Positions 1 to 10,662 of a stretch of 61,313 nucleotides of DNA are shown here, in pieces (position 1 is the stretch's first letter; each line of letters opens with the position of its first letter). The notes under the pieces were generated by a model. That model was not told where the DNA came from and did no database searches. It saw only the letters and a list, made by a program, of their open reading frames with translations. Made by a program: the position numbers and the translations under genes. The stretch comes from Acutalibacteraceae bacterium (GTDB lineage: Bacteria; Bacillota; Clostridia; Oscillospirales; Acutalibacteraceae): contig JAZUIT010000355.1 of the NCBI GenBank assembly GCA_045642385.1, forward strand, positions 1-61,313. The letters run 5' to 3'.

Positions 1-319
1 TAATGCACCATTGTCCCAGGCGGCATTTGAGGTATTGGCGGATGTGGCATACAATCAGCCGGTTACAAAATCATTTGTTGAACAGGTGAGGGGCGTTGAC
101 TGCTCGGGTGTTATGTCAACCTTGTGCCAAAGGGGACTGATTGAAGAAAAGGGCAGACTTGAATTACCCGGCAGACCGTTACTTTACGGTACGACACCGC
201 AGTTTTTAAAATGCTTCTGTGTAACCTCACTTGAAGAATTACCCGAGTTACCCGAAAAAGACGAAGAAGAAAACACCGAAGAATCAAATGAACAGGCGAC
301 GGAAAATTCGGAGGAATAA
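1..319 (+). CDS. scpB: Segregation and condensation protein B, C-terminal part (5' end lies outside the window)
   Basis: The frame is open to the window edge. The translation [59 protein letters not shown] matches the ScpB winged-helix pattern and is followed by an acidic tail. Confidence 0.85.
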   Translation, partial: NAPLSQAAFEVLADVAYNQPVTKSFVEQVRGVDCSGVMSTLCQRGLIEEKGRLELPGRPLLYGTTPQFLKCFCVTSLEELPELPEKDEEENTEESNEQATENSEE

Positions 320-1020
320 TGATATTTTTATATATTCTTGCGGCTTTGATTTTACTCATATTTTTCCTGTTGCTAATTAAAATTAAAGTCAGCATTGTGT
401 ATCAGGATAAGGTTAAAATTACCGCAAAGTGGCTGTGGTTTGACATATTACCGAAGAAAAAAGAAAAAACGCAAAGCAACGTAAAAAGTCAAAAATCACA
501 AACCAAAAAGAAACCCGTTAAAAAGCAAAAACCTTTTAAAAAATTCATATCGGATTTTTTAAAGGCAAACGACTTTGAAACGGTGATGGGCATTTTAAAA
601 CAGATTTTAAACTATACAGGTATTCTCGCAAAATCATTTTGGAAGCACCTTGTGTTTAAAAATTTAAAAATCAAATGCACGGTGTCCGACGGTGATCCGG
701 CTTTAACCGCTCAGAAATACGGAAAAGTATGCGCAATATGTTTTCCGCTGTCATCATTTTTAATTTCAAATTCCAATGTTAAAAAATACGATGTAAGCGT
801 TGAACCGGATTTTATTACACAAGCTTCGGAAATATATATTGAAGCAGATTTGAGTATAAGAACAATTTTTGTATTAAATGCAGTAATTGCATATTTATTC
901 AGGTTGATATTTAAAATTCTAATAAAAATATTATTCAGAAAGGCGGCAACTGAAAATGAAAGAAAAAACGGCTCCTGCCATGTTAGAAACAACAATAGAC
1001 AAAATCAAGGCTCTTGTTGA
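319..1020 (+). CDS. Membrane protein, DUF2953-like (sporulation-associated partner of ytfJ)
   Basis: N-terminal TM helix (IFLYILAALILLIFFLLLI) followed by a K-rich linker. It sits between scpB and ytfJ as in other Clostridia. The ATG overlaps the scpB stop. Confidence 0.6.
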   Translation: MIFLYILAALILLIFFLLLIKIKVSIVYQDKVKITAKWLWFDILPKKKEKTQSNVKSQKSQTKKKPVKKQKPFKKFISDFLKANDFETVMGILKQILNYTGILAKSFWKHLVFKNLKIKCTVSDGDPALTAQKYGKVCAICFPLSSFLISNSNVKKYDVSVEPDFITQASEIYIEADLSIRTIFVLNAVIAYLFRLIFKILIKILFRKAATENERKNGSCHVRNNNRQNQGSC

Positions 1021-1348
1021 CACAAGCACAATAATCGGTGACCCCATTGTTGCGGGTTCCAACACGATTATACCTGTATCAACCGTTACATACGGTTTTG
1101 CATCAGGCGGTTCGGATTTTCCCAATAAGGTGAATATGGAGCTTTTCGGCGGCGGCGGAGGAGCAGGTATTACAATTAAGCCTGTTGCATTCCTTGTAAT
1201 TAACGGTGACAATGTAACCGTTAAACCAATTGTTACGGGTGACAGCTCCGCAGATAAAATAATTTCCATGATACCCGAAATTATGAATAAAATTACAGAT
1301 ACAGCCGATAAAATTCACGACCGCAGGAAGGCAAAAACAGAGGAATAA
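956..1348 (+). CDS. ytfJ: Sporulation protein YtfJ/GerW family
   Basis: IGDPIVAGSNTIIPVSTVTYGFASGGSDF...GGGGGAGITIKPVAFLVI is the GerW/YtfJ signature. The start is uncertain because it overlaps the upstream ORF by 65 nt. Confidence 0.8.
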   Translation: MKEKTAPAMLETTIDKIKALVDTSTIIGDPIVAGSNTIIPVSTVTYGFASGGSDFPNKVNMELFGGGGGAGITIKPVAFLVINGDNVTVKPIVTGDSSADKIISMIPEIMNKITDTADKIHDRRKAKTEE

Positions 1349-1387
1349 TCAAAATGTCACTCTGCATATATATTGCAGGGTGATTGT

Positions 1388-2446
1388 ATGAAAATCTTTA
1401 AGGTTATTCTGACTGCAATTTTAATAATTGTTTCGGTTATTCCGTGTGTTTATTCAGAGGATGATATCTGTGTTTCTGCCGAAGCGGCTGTCTTAATGGC
1501 GGCTGACACAGGGGAAATACTGTTTTCAAAGAATAAAGATAAAAAAATGTCAATGGCAAGCACCACGAAGATTATGACATCACTTATTGCACTTGAAAGC
1601 GGAAAGCAGAAAAATACTATCACGGTAAAGGCTGAGGATATAGCCGTCGAAGGTACTTCCATGGGGCTTTTGGACGGTGATAAGGTTACGCTTGAAACAC
1701 TTGTGTACGGTATGTTGCTGCCGTCGGGTAATGATGCGGCTAATGTCACTGCAAAATACTTGTCCGGCAAAACGGATTTTATCACTAAAATGAATTTGAG
1801 GGCAAAGCAAATCGGAATGAATAATACGAGCTTTGCAACACCGTCGGGACTGGATAACGAAAGTCACTATTCAACGGCTTATGATATGGCGTTGCTTGCA
1901 AAAACCGCAATAAAAAATCCGGAGTTCAGGTATATCTGCTCACAGAGCAAAATTTCCTGTGTTTACGGCAATCCGCCTTATAGACGAATGTTGTTTAATC
2001 ATAACAGATTGTTAAGGGAGCTTGACGGCTGTATAGGTATAAAGACCGGTTTTACCAAAAAAAGCGGCAGATGTCTTGTTACGGCGGCGGAAAGGAATAA
2101 TATAACTTTGGTTGCGGTAACACTTAACGCACCGGATGACTGGAATGACCATAAAAGATTATACGAATACGGTTTTTCCCGGGTTAATAAAACCAATGAA
2201 ACAGCTTTAAAAAATTTATGTGTTGTAGGCGGTAAGAAAAATTTTGTACCGTTAAAAATTGATGATGCAAAGCTGCCTGCCACGGCAAATACAAATGAAA
2301 TAACGGAAAAAATTTTTGTTAAGCGTTTTGAATATGCACCTGTAAGGACGGGACAGATTGTGGGTTATGCTTTGTATTATTACAAAGACCGTCTTATAAA
2401 GACCGCATCTGTTATTACGGCTTCCGGTGTACGCAGAAAAGTTTAA
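1388..2446 (+). CDS. dacB: D-alanyl-D-alanine carboxypeptidase (low-MW PBP, DacB/PBP5 type)
   Basis: Signal peptide plus SxxK (ASTTK), SxN (PSGND) and KTG (IKTGFT) motifs. ATG 1388 is preferred over the upstream TTG at 1373. Confidence 0.85.
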   Translation: MKIFKVILTAILIIVSVIPCVYSEDDICVSAEAAVLMAADTGEILFSKNKDKKMSMASTTKIMTSLIALESGKQKNTITVKAEDIAVEGTSMGLLDGDKVTLETLVYGMLLPSGNDAANVTAKYLSGKTDFITKMNLRAKQIGMNNTSFATPSGLDNESHYSTAYDMALLAKTAIKNPEFRYICSQSKISCVYGNPPYRRMLFNHNRLLRELDGCIGIKTGFTKKSGRCLVTAAERNNITLVAVTLNAPDDWNDHKRLYEYGFSRVNKTNETALKNLCVVGGKKNFVPLKIDDAKLPATANTNEITEKIFVKRFEYAPVRTGQIVGYALYYYKDRLIKTASVITASGVRRKV

Positions 2447-2455
2447 GAGGTAAAA

Positions 2456-3205
2456 ATGGCTGATAAATTAGTAAGATTACAAAAATTTATGGCGGATAAC
2501 GGTATAGCTTCACGAAGAAAATCCGAGGAGCTTATCGAAAGAGGTTCCGTAAAGGTAAACGGCAGAGTTGCCCATATAGGCGACAAGGTTGACCCTAAGC
2601 ACGATAAGGTTCAGGTGAACGGAAGAAATATTGTTGCCGTAAAGAAAAAAGTATATATTATGCTTCATAAGCCCAGAGGATATATCACCACAATGAGCGA
2701 TGAAATGGACAGAAAATGCGTTGCAGAGCTTGTAAAGGATGTGGATGCGAGGATTTACCCGGTGGGCAGACTTGACCGAGATTCCGAGGGACTTCTGTTT
2801 TTGACAAATGACGGAGCTTTTGCAAATGCCATGATGCACCCGTCAAAGCATATTCCCAAAACATACAGAGTAACCGTAAGACCGGATATCAATGATGACC
2901 AGCTTACAAAGCTTGCAACCGGTGTTATGGTTGACGGCAGAATGACAGCCGAAGCTCAGGTAAGTGTTATTACGAAAGAACCGGGACGGGTTGTTTTACA
3001 AATGACAATCCACGAGGGCAGAAACAGAGAAATCAGAAAAATGTGCGAAGCGGTGGGACTTGAAGTTGCAAGACTTAAAAGAACTTCAATAGGTTCGGTA
3101 AAATTAGGAATGCTTCCGCAGGGGAAATACAGAAATTTAACGGATGACGAAGTACATAAGCTTCTTACCTCCACACAGAAAAGCAGGGATTTAAAAAATG
3201 ATTGA
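2456..3205 (+). CDS. rluB: Pseudouridine synthase, RsuA/RluB family with N-terminal S4 domain
   Basis: S4 motif (RLQKFMADNGIASRRKSEELI) and catalytic loop VGRLDRDSEGLLFLTNDG. Confidence 0.85.
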   Translation: MADKLVRLQKFMADNGIASRRKSEELIERGSVKVNGRVAHIGDKVDPKHDKVQVNGRNIVAVKKKVYIMLHKPRGYITTMSDEMDRKCVAELVKDVDARIYPVGRLDRDSEGLLFLTNDGAFANAMMHPSKHIPKTYRVTVRPDINDDQLTKLATGVMVDGRMTAEAQVSVITKEPGRVVLQMTIHEGRNREIRKMCEAVGLEVARLKRTSIGSVKLGMLPQGKYRNLTDDEVHKLLTSTQKSRDLKND

Positions 3206-3512
3206 AGTTAAACCGCAGGAATTTACAGGGAATAAAGTCAGTTTTATTGCTACTGAAAACGGTGAAAAGACGGGTACTTGTCAGATTGAGCTTGACGGAT
3301 ATTATGTTGAAATTTTAAGCGTTACTGCACCTGAGGACAAGTCTTATATATCGGAATTGCTTTTAAGGTCAGCCTTAAACTATGCGGCAAACCGTAACGC
3401 ATATATGGCTAAAACGAAGCTTAATGATTTTTTGCAGTTTCCTTTTGAAAAATCAGGTGAATATTACGAAGCCGATATACCGTCTTTGCTGGCGGGCAGT
3501 TGCGGCGGTTGA
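3198..3512 (+). CDS. Small hypothetical protein (104 aa)
   Basis: The ORF overlaps the rluB stop by 8 nt. I recognise no motif. Coding status rests on tight packing only. Confidence 0.4.
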   Translation: MIEVKPQEFTGNKVSFIATENGEKTGTCQIELDGYYVEILSVTAPEDKSYISELLLRSALNYAANRNAYMAKTKLNDFLQFPFEKSGEYYEADIPSLLAGSCGG

Positions 3513-3538
3513 CAAAATATATTGCTTTTTGGTAAAAT
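3509..3538 (+). promoter_or_regulatory. Sigma-A type promoter for yloC-remA-gmk-rpoZ
   Basis: TTGACA (3509-3514), 18-nt spacer containing TGn, then TAAAAT (3533-3538). It lies 32 nt upstream of the yloC ATG. Confidence 0.6.
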
Positions 3539-3569
3539 GATATGAAACATAAGAAAGGAATTTGTACTT

Positions 3570-4448
3570 ATGATTAAGAGTATGACAGGTTTCGGACGGG
3601 TACAGCAGACTGTAAACCAAATGTCCGTAACCGTTGAAATAAAAAGCGTGAACCACAGATATTTTGAATTTTCCGCAAGAGTACCAAGAGGATACGGCTT
3701 TCTTGAAGAAAAACTGAAAACCTTTTTTAACAAAGGTATTTCAAGGGGCAAGGTTGATTGCTTTGTGCAGATTGAAAACCTCGAGGATGAGGATGTTACG
3801 GTTGATGTCAACCACTCCCTTGCAAAGGGCTATGTCGATGCCTTGCACGAAATTGCGGACAGATATAATCTCAGGAATGATATTTCCTTAGCAACCCTGT
3901 CAAGATATTCCGATATTTTTGTTATACATAAAAACGAAGCTGATGAGGAAAAAATCTGGGAAGCCGTAAAAGCTGCGGCAGAGGGTGCTTTGGAGCGTTT
4001 TATTGAAATGCGTACAAAAGAGGGCGAAAGACTCTTTGCGGATTTAAACAGCAAAGCCGATACAATTCTTGACTGTGTGGCTTTTGTGGAGGAACGCTCA
4101 CCTCAGACCGTTCGTGAATATAACGAAAAGCTTAAAGCAAAAATAACCGAGGTTTTACAGGACAAGCAGATTGACGAACATAGAATTTTGACGGAAGCCG
4201 CAATATTTGCGGAAAAAATAGCTGTCGATGAAGAAACCGTAAGGCTCAGAAGTCACATTCAGCAGTTCAGGGAATTTTTGAATACGGATGAACCAATCGG
4301 TAGAAAAATGGATTTTCTTGTTCAGGAGATGAACAGGGAAGCAAATACAATTGCTTCCAAGGCTCAGGATATTGAAATAGCGAAAAAGGTTATTATTATC
4401 AAGTCCGAAATTGAGAAAATTCGTGAGCAAATCCAGAATATAGAATAA
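3570..4448 (+). CDS. yloC: YicC/YloC family stress-induced protein (endoribonuclease)
   Basis: MIKSMTGFGR N-terminus, SVNHRY motif and C-terminal DUF1732-like EMNREANTIASKA. Confidence 0.88.
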   Translation: MIKSMTGFGRVQQTVNQMSVTVEIKSVNHRYFEFSARVPRGYGFLEEKLKTFFNKGISRGKVDCFVQIENLEDEDVTVDVNHSLAKGYVDALHEIADRYNLRNDISLATLSRYSDIFVIHKNEADEEKIWEAVKAAAEGALERFIEMRTKEGERLFADLNSKADTILDCVAFVEERSPQTVREYNEKLKAKITEVLQDKQIDEHRILTEAAIFAEKIAVDEETVRLRSHIQQFREFLNTDEPIGRKMDFLVQEMNREANTIASKAQDIEIAKKVIIIKSEIEKIREQIQNIE

Positions 4449-4460
4449 CGGGTGTTTACT

Positions 4461-4730
4461 ATGAAGCTTATAAATATAGGTTTTGGTAATATGTTGAATG
4501 CGGCAAGAATTGTTGCGGTTGTAAGTCCGGAGTCTGCTCCTATCAAAAGAATTGTCCAGGAGGGCAAGGACAGGGGTACTTTGATTGATGCAACCCACGG
4601 TCGCCGTACAAGAGCGGTGATTTTTACGGATACCGACCATATTGTGCTGTCATATCTGCAAACCGAAACCGTCGCAAACAGAATGAATAACGAAGAAGAA
4701 ATTGTTGAAGGAGAAAATTACGGAGAATGA
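4461..4730 (+). CDS. remA: RemA/YlzA (DUF370) regulatory protein
   Basis: KLINIGFGN...[10 protein letters not shown]...[11 protein letters not shown] is near-identical in pattern to B. subtilis RemA. An alternative GTG start exists at 4452. Confidence 0.88.
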   Translation: MKLINIGFGNMLNAARIVAVVSPESAPIKRIVQEGKDRGTLIDATHGRRTRAVIFTDTDHIVLSYLQTETVANRMNNEEEIVEGENYGE

Positions 4731-5338
4731 AACAAAAGGGAATGTTATTGATTTTTTCGGGACCCTCAGGCTCGGGAAAAGATACAATTCTTGATGAACT
4801 CAAAAAAAATGATGAAAATATTCAAATATCCGTTTCTGCCACAACAAGGGCGGCTCGTGCAAACGAAATTGACGGCGTTCATTATTTCTTTGTAGATGAA
4901 AAGGATTTTGTCAACAAACTGGAAAACGGTCAGATTTTAGAACATAATTATTACAGCGGATATTATTACGGAACTCCGAAAGAGCCGGTTGATAATTGGC
5001 TTAACGAGGGTAAAACCGTTATTTTGAAAATTGATGTAAACGGCGGAGCGAATATCAAAAAAATATATCCCGATGCTGTCAGCATTTTTGTAATTCCGCC
5101 GTCAATGGAAATCCTTGAAAACAGACTGAGAAGAAGACAAACCGACAGCGAGGAAGATATAATTAAACGCCTTAATATTGCCGTGGATGAAATAAAGCGC
5201 TGTTCGGAATATGACTATGTGGTTGTAAATGATGACCTTGATGATGCTGTAAATGATGTTGCAGCGATTATTAAGGCAGAACATTTTAAATATAACAATA
5301 TGAAAAATATAATAAGTGAGGTAATTGAAAATGTTTAA
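4727..5338 (+). CDS. gmk: Guanylate kinase
   Basis: P-loop [17 protein letters not shown], and GxxYxFV-type motif (DGVHYFFV). Confidence 0.93.
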   Translation: MKQKGMLLIFSGPSGSGKDTILDELKKNDENIQISVSATTRAARANEIDGVHYFFVDEKDFVNKLENGQILEHNYYSGYYYGTPKEPVDNWLNEGKTVILKIDVNGGANIKKIYPDAVSIFVIPPSMEILENRLRRRQTDSEEDIIKRLNIAVDEIKRCSEYDYVVVNDDLDDAVNDVAAIIKAEHFKYNNMKNIISEVIENV

Positions 5339-5540
5339 TCCTGATTTAAGCGGAGTTCTTAAAAATCATCTCAGCAGATATTCTCTTGTAACTGCTACCG
5401 CAAAAAGAGCAAGAGAAATCTCCGATGAAGCTGAGGAAAATAAGGAAATAATATTGGAAAAGCCCGTAAGTCTTGCTATTGATGAGATTGTCAGGGGCGA
5501 ATACCGGATTATTGAACCTGACGAAATTAAAAATCTTTAA
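5325..5540 (+). CDS. rpoZ: DNA-directed RNA polymerase subunit omega
   Basis: 71 aa with SRYSLVTATAKRAREI, the RpoZ core motif. Position after gmk is canonical. Confidence 0.88.
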   Translation: MKMFNPDLSGVLKNHLSRYSLVTATAKRAREISDEAEENKEIILEKPVSLAIDEIVRGEYRIIEPDEIKNL

Positions 5541-5555
5541 TCACAGGAGTTTATA

Positions 5556-7988
5556 ATGCCGAAAACAGTTGCAAAAATTGCAGTTGAAAAAACCGCTTAC
5601 AGCTTTGATATGCTGTTTGACTATGCTGTTCCGGAAAATCTTTCGGAAAAAATAGTAAGCGGTGTCAGAGTTATGATTCCTTTCGGTCGTGGTAATAATG
5701 AGCGAATGGGTATTGTTTTCGGTGTTACTGACGCTACCGATAATAAAAAATTGAAAAACATTTCTTCTGTTCTCGATGATGCCCCTGTGCTGTCAGATGA
5801 AATGTTAAAGCTTGCACAATGGATAAAGAACAGAACTTTCTGTACTTTGTACGAAGCGGCAAAGGTGATGCTGCCTTACGGAATTAACCATAAGCTTGTC
5901 GGATATTATAAATTCATAAAATATCCCGACACCGATACTCTTAATTCTGTTCAGCTTGAAATTTTAAAATATCTTGATGTCAGGAAGAAAAAATGCACAA
6001 AGGCTTGTGTCTGCGATGCTTTGGGAATTTCAAAGTCAACCGAGGAATTGGATGAGCTTGTCAATTTGGGATTTGTTCAGTATTCTTCCGAGGCAAAAAG
6101 GCGTGTTTCCGATAAAACCGTAAGAATAATCAAGCTTACGGAAAATTATTCGGATATTAAGCTTACCCCTAAGCAACAAAGAATAGTTGAAGTGCTTCAG
6201 GATACGGGTGATGTGCCTGTAAGTGATTTGTGTGCGTTTACCGATTGTACTTCGGCATACATTCAGACCATGAAGAATAAGGGCATAGTGGAGATTTATG
6301 AAATTGAAGTCTTGCGAAACCCTTATAATGACATTGATACTGTTGAAAACAGGGAAGAAATTGTCCTTACGGAAAAACAAAATATAGCTTTTAAAGGCTT
6401 GCTTGATAATTTTAATAAGAACGAGGGGACTGTTTCCCTGCTTTACGGTGTTACCGGTTGCGGAAAAACCAAGGTTTATATGAAGCTTATTGACGAAGCT
6501 GTTAAACTAAACCGCGGTGTTATCGTAATGGTTCCCGAAATTTCTCTCACGCCCCAAACATTACACCTTTTTCATACCAGATACGGTAATAATGTGGCAG
6601 TTTTTCACAGCGGATTATCCGTTGGCGAGCGTGTTGACGAGTGGAAAAGAGTGAATGACGGCAGGGCAAAGATAGTTGTCGGTACAAGGTCGGCAATTTT
6701 TGCGCCTGTTAGAAATTTGGGACTGATTATTATTGATGAGGAGCAGGAGTTTTCATATAAATCCGAAAAAACTCCCCGTTATGATGCAAAGGAAGTTGCA
6801 AAATACCGTTGTGTTTACAATAAAGCGGAGCTGGTTTTAGCTTCGGCTACACCGAGTGTTGAAACTTTTGCGGCGGCACAGAACGGAATATATAATTTTT
6901 ACGAAATTCCCGAAAGGTACGGTAATGCAATATTGCCGGATGTGATTGTAGCCGATATGTGCGAGAACCGCCGTAACGGAAATACGGGTAATATCAGCGA
7001 AGTGCTGAAAAACAGTATTCAGGAAAACCTTGATAATTCTCAGCAGACAATGCTTTTGATTAACCGTCGGGGTTATAACACTTTTGTTGCCTGCGAGAGT
7101 TGCGGAAATGTAATAACCTGTCCGCATTGCAGTATTTCAATGAATTATCATTCCTATTTGGGCAAGCTTGTTTGTCATTATTGCGGATATACCCGTGATT
7201 ATATGAAGGTTTGCGAGGAATGCGGGGAAGAAAATATCAGATATGCCGGTGTGGGTACTCAGAAAATTGAGGAAGAATTGAGGGAATATTTCCCCGAAGC
7301 TTCAATTTTAAGAATGGATACGGACTGTGTTACTAACCGTTTAGCCTATGAAAAAAAGCTTAATGCCTTTAAAAACGGCGATTATGATATTTTAGTCGGC
7401 ACACAAATGATAGCCAAGGGACTGGATTTTGAAAATGTAACACTTGTGGGCATTATTTCTGCTGACCAACAGCTTAATAATGACGATTTCAGGAGCCTTG
7501 AAAGAACCTTTTCACTTCTGACTCAGGTTATCGGCAGAGCAGGCAGAGGAAAATATAAGGGCAGAGCGGTTATTCAGACACTTGTTCCCGAAAATAATAT
7601 TATTAAATTAGCCGCATCTCAGGATTATTACGGATTTTTTGAAAGTGAAATAGATATCAGAAAAATGCTTACATATCCGCCTTTCTGCGATATTTGTTAT
7701 ATCGGTTTTTCCGGTGAAAAGGAAAACGAAGTGACTGCGGCGGCAGTAAGATTTTTAGATAATATTAAGAAAATTTCCGAAGAAAAATACAGCGAACAGA
7801 AGATAATAGTTTTAGGTCCTGTCGAGCCGCGGGTTTTCTTTGTTGCAGACAGATATAAAAATCAGATTATAATAAAATGTAAAAACAGTATAAGGTTCAG
7901 GAGTATGATTTCCGAACTTTTAATAAATTTTGCAAAGTATAATGAAAATAAAAATGTCAGCGTATATGCTGATATAAACCCGGAATAG
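5556..7988 (+). CDS. priA: Primosomal replication restart helicase PriA
   Basis: Walker A GVTGCGKT, DEEQE box, and Cys-rich zinc insertion (CESCG..CPHC..CHYCG..CEECG). Confidence 0.94.
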   Translation: MPKTVAKIAVEKTAYSFDMLFDYAVPENLSEKIVSGVRVMIPFGRGNNERMGIVFGVTDATDNKKLKNISSVLDDAPVLSDEMLKLAQWIKNRTFCTLYEAAKVMLPYGINHKLVGYYKFIKYPDTDTLNSVQLEILKYLDVRKKKCTKACVCDALGISKSTEELDELVNLGFVQYSSEAKRRVSDKTVRIIKLTENYSDIKLTPKQQRIVEVLQDTGDVPVSDLCAFTDCTSAYIQTMKNKGIVEIYEIEVLRNPYNDIDTVENREEIVLTEKQNIAFKGLLDNFNKNEGTVSLLYGVTGCGKTKVYMKLIDEAVKLNRGVIVMVPEISLTPQTLHLFHTRYGNNVAVFHSGLSVGERVDEWKRVNDGRAKIVVGTRSAIFAPVRNLGLIIIDEEQEFSYKSEKTPRYDAKEVAKYRCVYNKAELVLASATPSVETFAAAQNGIYNFYEIPERYGNAILPDVIVADMCENRRNGNTGNISEVLKNSIQENLDNSQQTMLLINRRGYNTFVACESCGNVITCPHCSISMNYHSYLGKLVCHYCGYTRDYMKVCEECGEENIRYAGVGTQKIEEELREYFPEASILRMDTDCVTNRLAYEKKLNAFKNGDYDILVGTQMIAKGLDFENVTLVGIISADQQLNNDDFRSLERTFSLLTQVIGRAGRGKYKGRAVIQTLVPENNIIKLAASQDYYGFFESEIDIRKMLTYPPFCDICYIGFSGEKENEVTAAAVRFLDNIKKISEEKYSEQKIIVLGPVEPRVFFVADRYKNQIIIKCKNSIRFRSMISELLINFAKYNENKNVSVYADINPE

Positions 7989-8001
7989 AGAGTGATAAAA
8001 T

Positions 8002-8451
8002 ATGGCGAAAAGAGAAATTTTTAAATTCAGCGACTCGGTTTTAACTAAAAAAAGCAGAGTTGTGGAAAAGTTTGATGATAAATTAGCTGTTCTTTTAGAT
8101 GATATGCTTGAAACAATGTATGCCGCCGAGGGTGTAGGTCTTGCCGCACCGCAGGTGGGAATTTTAAAAAGAGCAGTTGTTATTGATGTTGGTGAAGGTC
8201 CTATTGAGCTTGTTAATCCCGAAATTATCAGTGCAGAGGCCGAGCAAATCGGTAACGAGGGTTGTTTGTCACTGCCGGGTGAAAGCTATACCACAAAAAG
8301 ACCGAAAACCGTTAAAGTAAAAGCACAAAACCGTGACGGAAAATGGAAAGTATATAAAGGAACCGATTTATTGGCAAAGGCTTTTTGTCACGAGATTGAC
8401 CATTTGGACGGAATACTTTACACATCACACAGAGTATATGATGAGGATTAA
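8002..8451 (+). CDS. def: Peptide deformylase
   Basis: [18 protein letters not shown] and HEIDHLDG motifs. Confidence 0.95.
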   Translation: MAKREIFKFSDSVLTKKSRVVEKFDDKLAVLLDDMLETMYAAEGVGLAAPQVGILKRAVVIDVGEGPIELVNPEIISAEAEQIGNEGCLSLPGESYTTKRPKTVKVKAQNRDGKWKVYKGTDLLAKAFCHEIDHLDGILYTSHRVYDED

Positions 8452-8453
8452 AA

Positions 8454-9380
8454 ATGAGAATTGTTTTTATGGGTACACCGGATTTTGCTGTACCGTGTCT
8501 TGAAAGATTAGTATCTGACGGCGAAAATGTGGTTGGAGTTTTCTCTCAGCCCGATAAACCAAAGGGAAGAGGACACATACTCACACCGCCACCTGTAAAG
8601 GAATGTGCCTTGACGCATAATATTCCCGTGTTTCAACCTGTAAAGATGAAAGCTTCACAGACCGTTGATGCATTAAAAGAGCTTAATCCGGATTTAATAA
8701 TTGTTGTGGCTTACGGAAAAATTCTGCAAAAAGAAATACTGACTCTGCCTAAATACGGCTGTATCAATATTCATGCTTCTCTTTTGCCTAAATACCGTGG
8801 TGCGGCTCCCATTCAGTGGGCAGTATTAAACGGTGAAACCGTCAGCGGTGTAACATCTATGCTTATGGATGAGGGACTTGATACCGGTGATATGCTTTTA
8901 AAGGCTCAGGTGGAAATCGGCGAAGATGATACTGCCGAGGACTTACACGACAAGCTGTCGGTTTTGGGTGCAGAGGTTATGAGTAAAACCATTGCAAAGT
9001 TAAAAGCCGGAGAATTAGTACCCGAAAAACAGCCTGACGGGGAATATCAGTACGCTTCAATGCTTTCAAAGTCGATGTGCCCCATTGACTGGAATAAATC
9101 TGCCAAAGAAATTCATAATCAGATAAGAGGTTTGTATTCCTGGCCTATGGCAACAACTTTACTTGACGGTAAAATTTTAAAAATACACTCCTCAAAACTG
9201 TCGGATATGAAATCGGACAGGGCGGGGGAAGTTATTCACAACGATAAAAAGCTTGTAGTCGCCTGCGGTGACGGAAATGCAATAGAAATTACAAAGTTAC
9301 AGGCAGAAGGCAAAAAAGCGATGAGTGCCGAAAGCTTTATGTTGGGAAGAAAAATAGATACAGGTACGAGATTGGGATAA
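8454..9380 (+). CDS. fmt: Methionyl-tRNA formyltransferase
   Basis: MGTPDFAV N-terminus and INIHASLLPKYRGAAPIQW motif. Confidence 0.95.
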   Translation: MRIVFMGTPDFAVPCLERLVSDGENVVGVFSQPDKPKGRGHILTPPPVKECALTHNIPVFQPVKMKASQTVDALKELNPDLIIVVAYGKILQKEILTLPKYGCINIHASLLPKYRGAAPIQWAVLNGETVSGVTSMLMDEGLDTGDMLLKAQVEIGEDDTAEDLHDKLSVLGAEVMSKTIAKLKAGELVPEKQPDGEYQYASMLSKSMCPIDWNKSAKEIHNQIRGLYSWPMATTLLDGKILKIHSSKLSDMKSDRAGEVIHNDKKLVVACGDGNAIEITKLQAEGKKAMSAESFMLGRKIDTGTRLG

Positions 9381-9383
9381 ATT

Positions 9384-10661
9384 ATGGATGCAAGAACGGC
9401 GGCGTATAAAATACTTTTAAAAATCGAAGCTCAGCAGGCATATTCAAATATAACAATTGACAACGAACTTTCCGATTTAAACCTTGACAGCAGGGAAAAA
9501 TCTCTGACCGTCTTTTTGGTGTACGGTGTTCTTGAAAGAAAACTTACCTTGGACTATGCAATATCGAAGCTTTTAAAAAACGGTTTAAAGGGTATAAAAC
9601 CCAAAGTGAAAATTATTCTCAGATTGGGTGCTTTTCAGATATTGTATGCCGAGAAAATTCCTCATAGTGCCGCTGTGAACGAAAGCGTAAAGTTAGCCAA
9701 AAGGGAAGCTCCTTATGCTTCCGGAATGGTGAACGCAGTGTTGAGAAATCTTGTCAGAAACGGTTTTGATATGCCGTCCGAAGAAAATAAAAGCGAATAT
9801 TTTTCCGTAAAATACTCATGCCCGCAATGGATAGTTGATATGTGGCTTGAATATTTGGGGGAGGATGAAACAAAATCCGTACTTGAAAATTCACTTTTGC
9901 CGCCGCCCACATATTTAAGGGTCAATACTTTAAAAATAACGGTTGATAAATTATTTGATATATTTATTTCAAAAGGCTATAATGCCGAGATAAATCCGAA
10001 TGTTGAAAATTGTATAACATTATATTCCGCACCGGATATTACACATACGGATGAATATAATAAAGGTCTGTTTCATATACAGGATATAGCATCTCAGATT
10101 TGTGTAAATAAGCTTAATGCAAAATGCGGCGACACAGTTTTTGATATGTGCTGTGCTCCCGGAGGCAAAAGCTTTACAATATCACAGTATATGAATAACG
10201 AAGGTTGCATTAAAGCTTTTGACCTTTACACCGCAAGGCTGGAGCTTGTCAATAACGGTGCAAAAAGATTGGGTATTGATATTATCGAAACCGGCGTTGC
10301 AGATGCTTCAAAGTATTGTAAAGTATTTGGACTTGCCGACAAGGTTTTGTGTGATGCACCCTGTTCCGGATTGGGTATAATAAGACGCAAGCCCGAAATA
10401 AAATACAAGAAAAAAGAGGATATTGACGGTATTGAAAATATTCAGCTTAGCATCATAAACAACGCTTCAAAATATGTTAAAAAGGGCGGCACACTTGTGT
10501 ATTCCACCTGTACACTTAACCCGAAAGAAAATGAAGAAGTGTGTAATAAATTTTTAAGTGAAAATAAAGATTTTATTTTAAAATGTTCAGAGCGTCTGAC
10601 ACCGAAAAAAATAAATTCAGACGGATTTTTTATAGCTGTTTTTACGAAAGGGGAGGCTTAA
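9384..10661 (+). CDS. rsmB: 16S rRNA (cytosine967-C5)-methyltransferase RsmB/Sun
   Basis: NusB-like N-terminal domain, DMCCAPGGKS SAM motif, and DAPCSGLG / YSTCT catalytic cysteines. Confidence 0.9.
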   Translation: MDARTAAYKILLKIEAQQAYSNITIDNELSDLNLDSREKSLTVFLVYGVLERKLTLDYAISKLLKNGLKGIKPKVKIILRLGAFQILYAEKIPHSAAVNESVKLAKREAPYASGMVNAVLRNLVRNGFDMPSEENKSEYFSVKYSCPQWIVDMWLEYLGEDETKSVLENSLLPPPTYLRVNTLKITVDKLFDIFISKGYNAEINPNVENCITLYSAPDITHTDEYNKGLFHIQDIASQICVNKLNAKCGDTVFDMCCAPGGKSFTISQYMNNEGCIKAFDLYTARLELVNNGAKRLGIDIIETGVADASKYCKVFGLADKVLCDAPCSGLGIIRRKPEIKYKKKEDIDGIENIQLSIINNASKYVKKGGTLVYSTCTLNPKENEEVCNKFLSENKDFILKCSERLTPKKINSDGFFIAVFTKGEA

Positions 10662-10662
10662 T

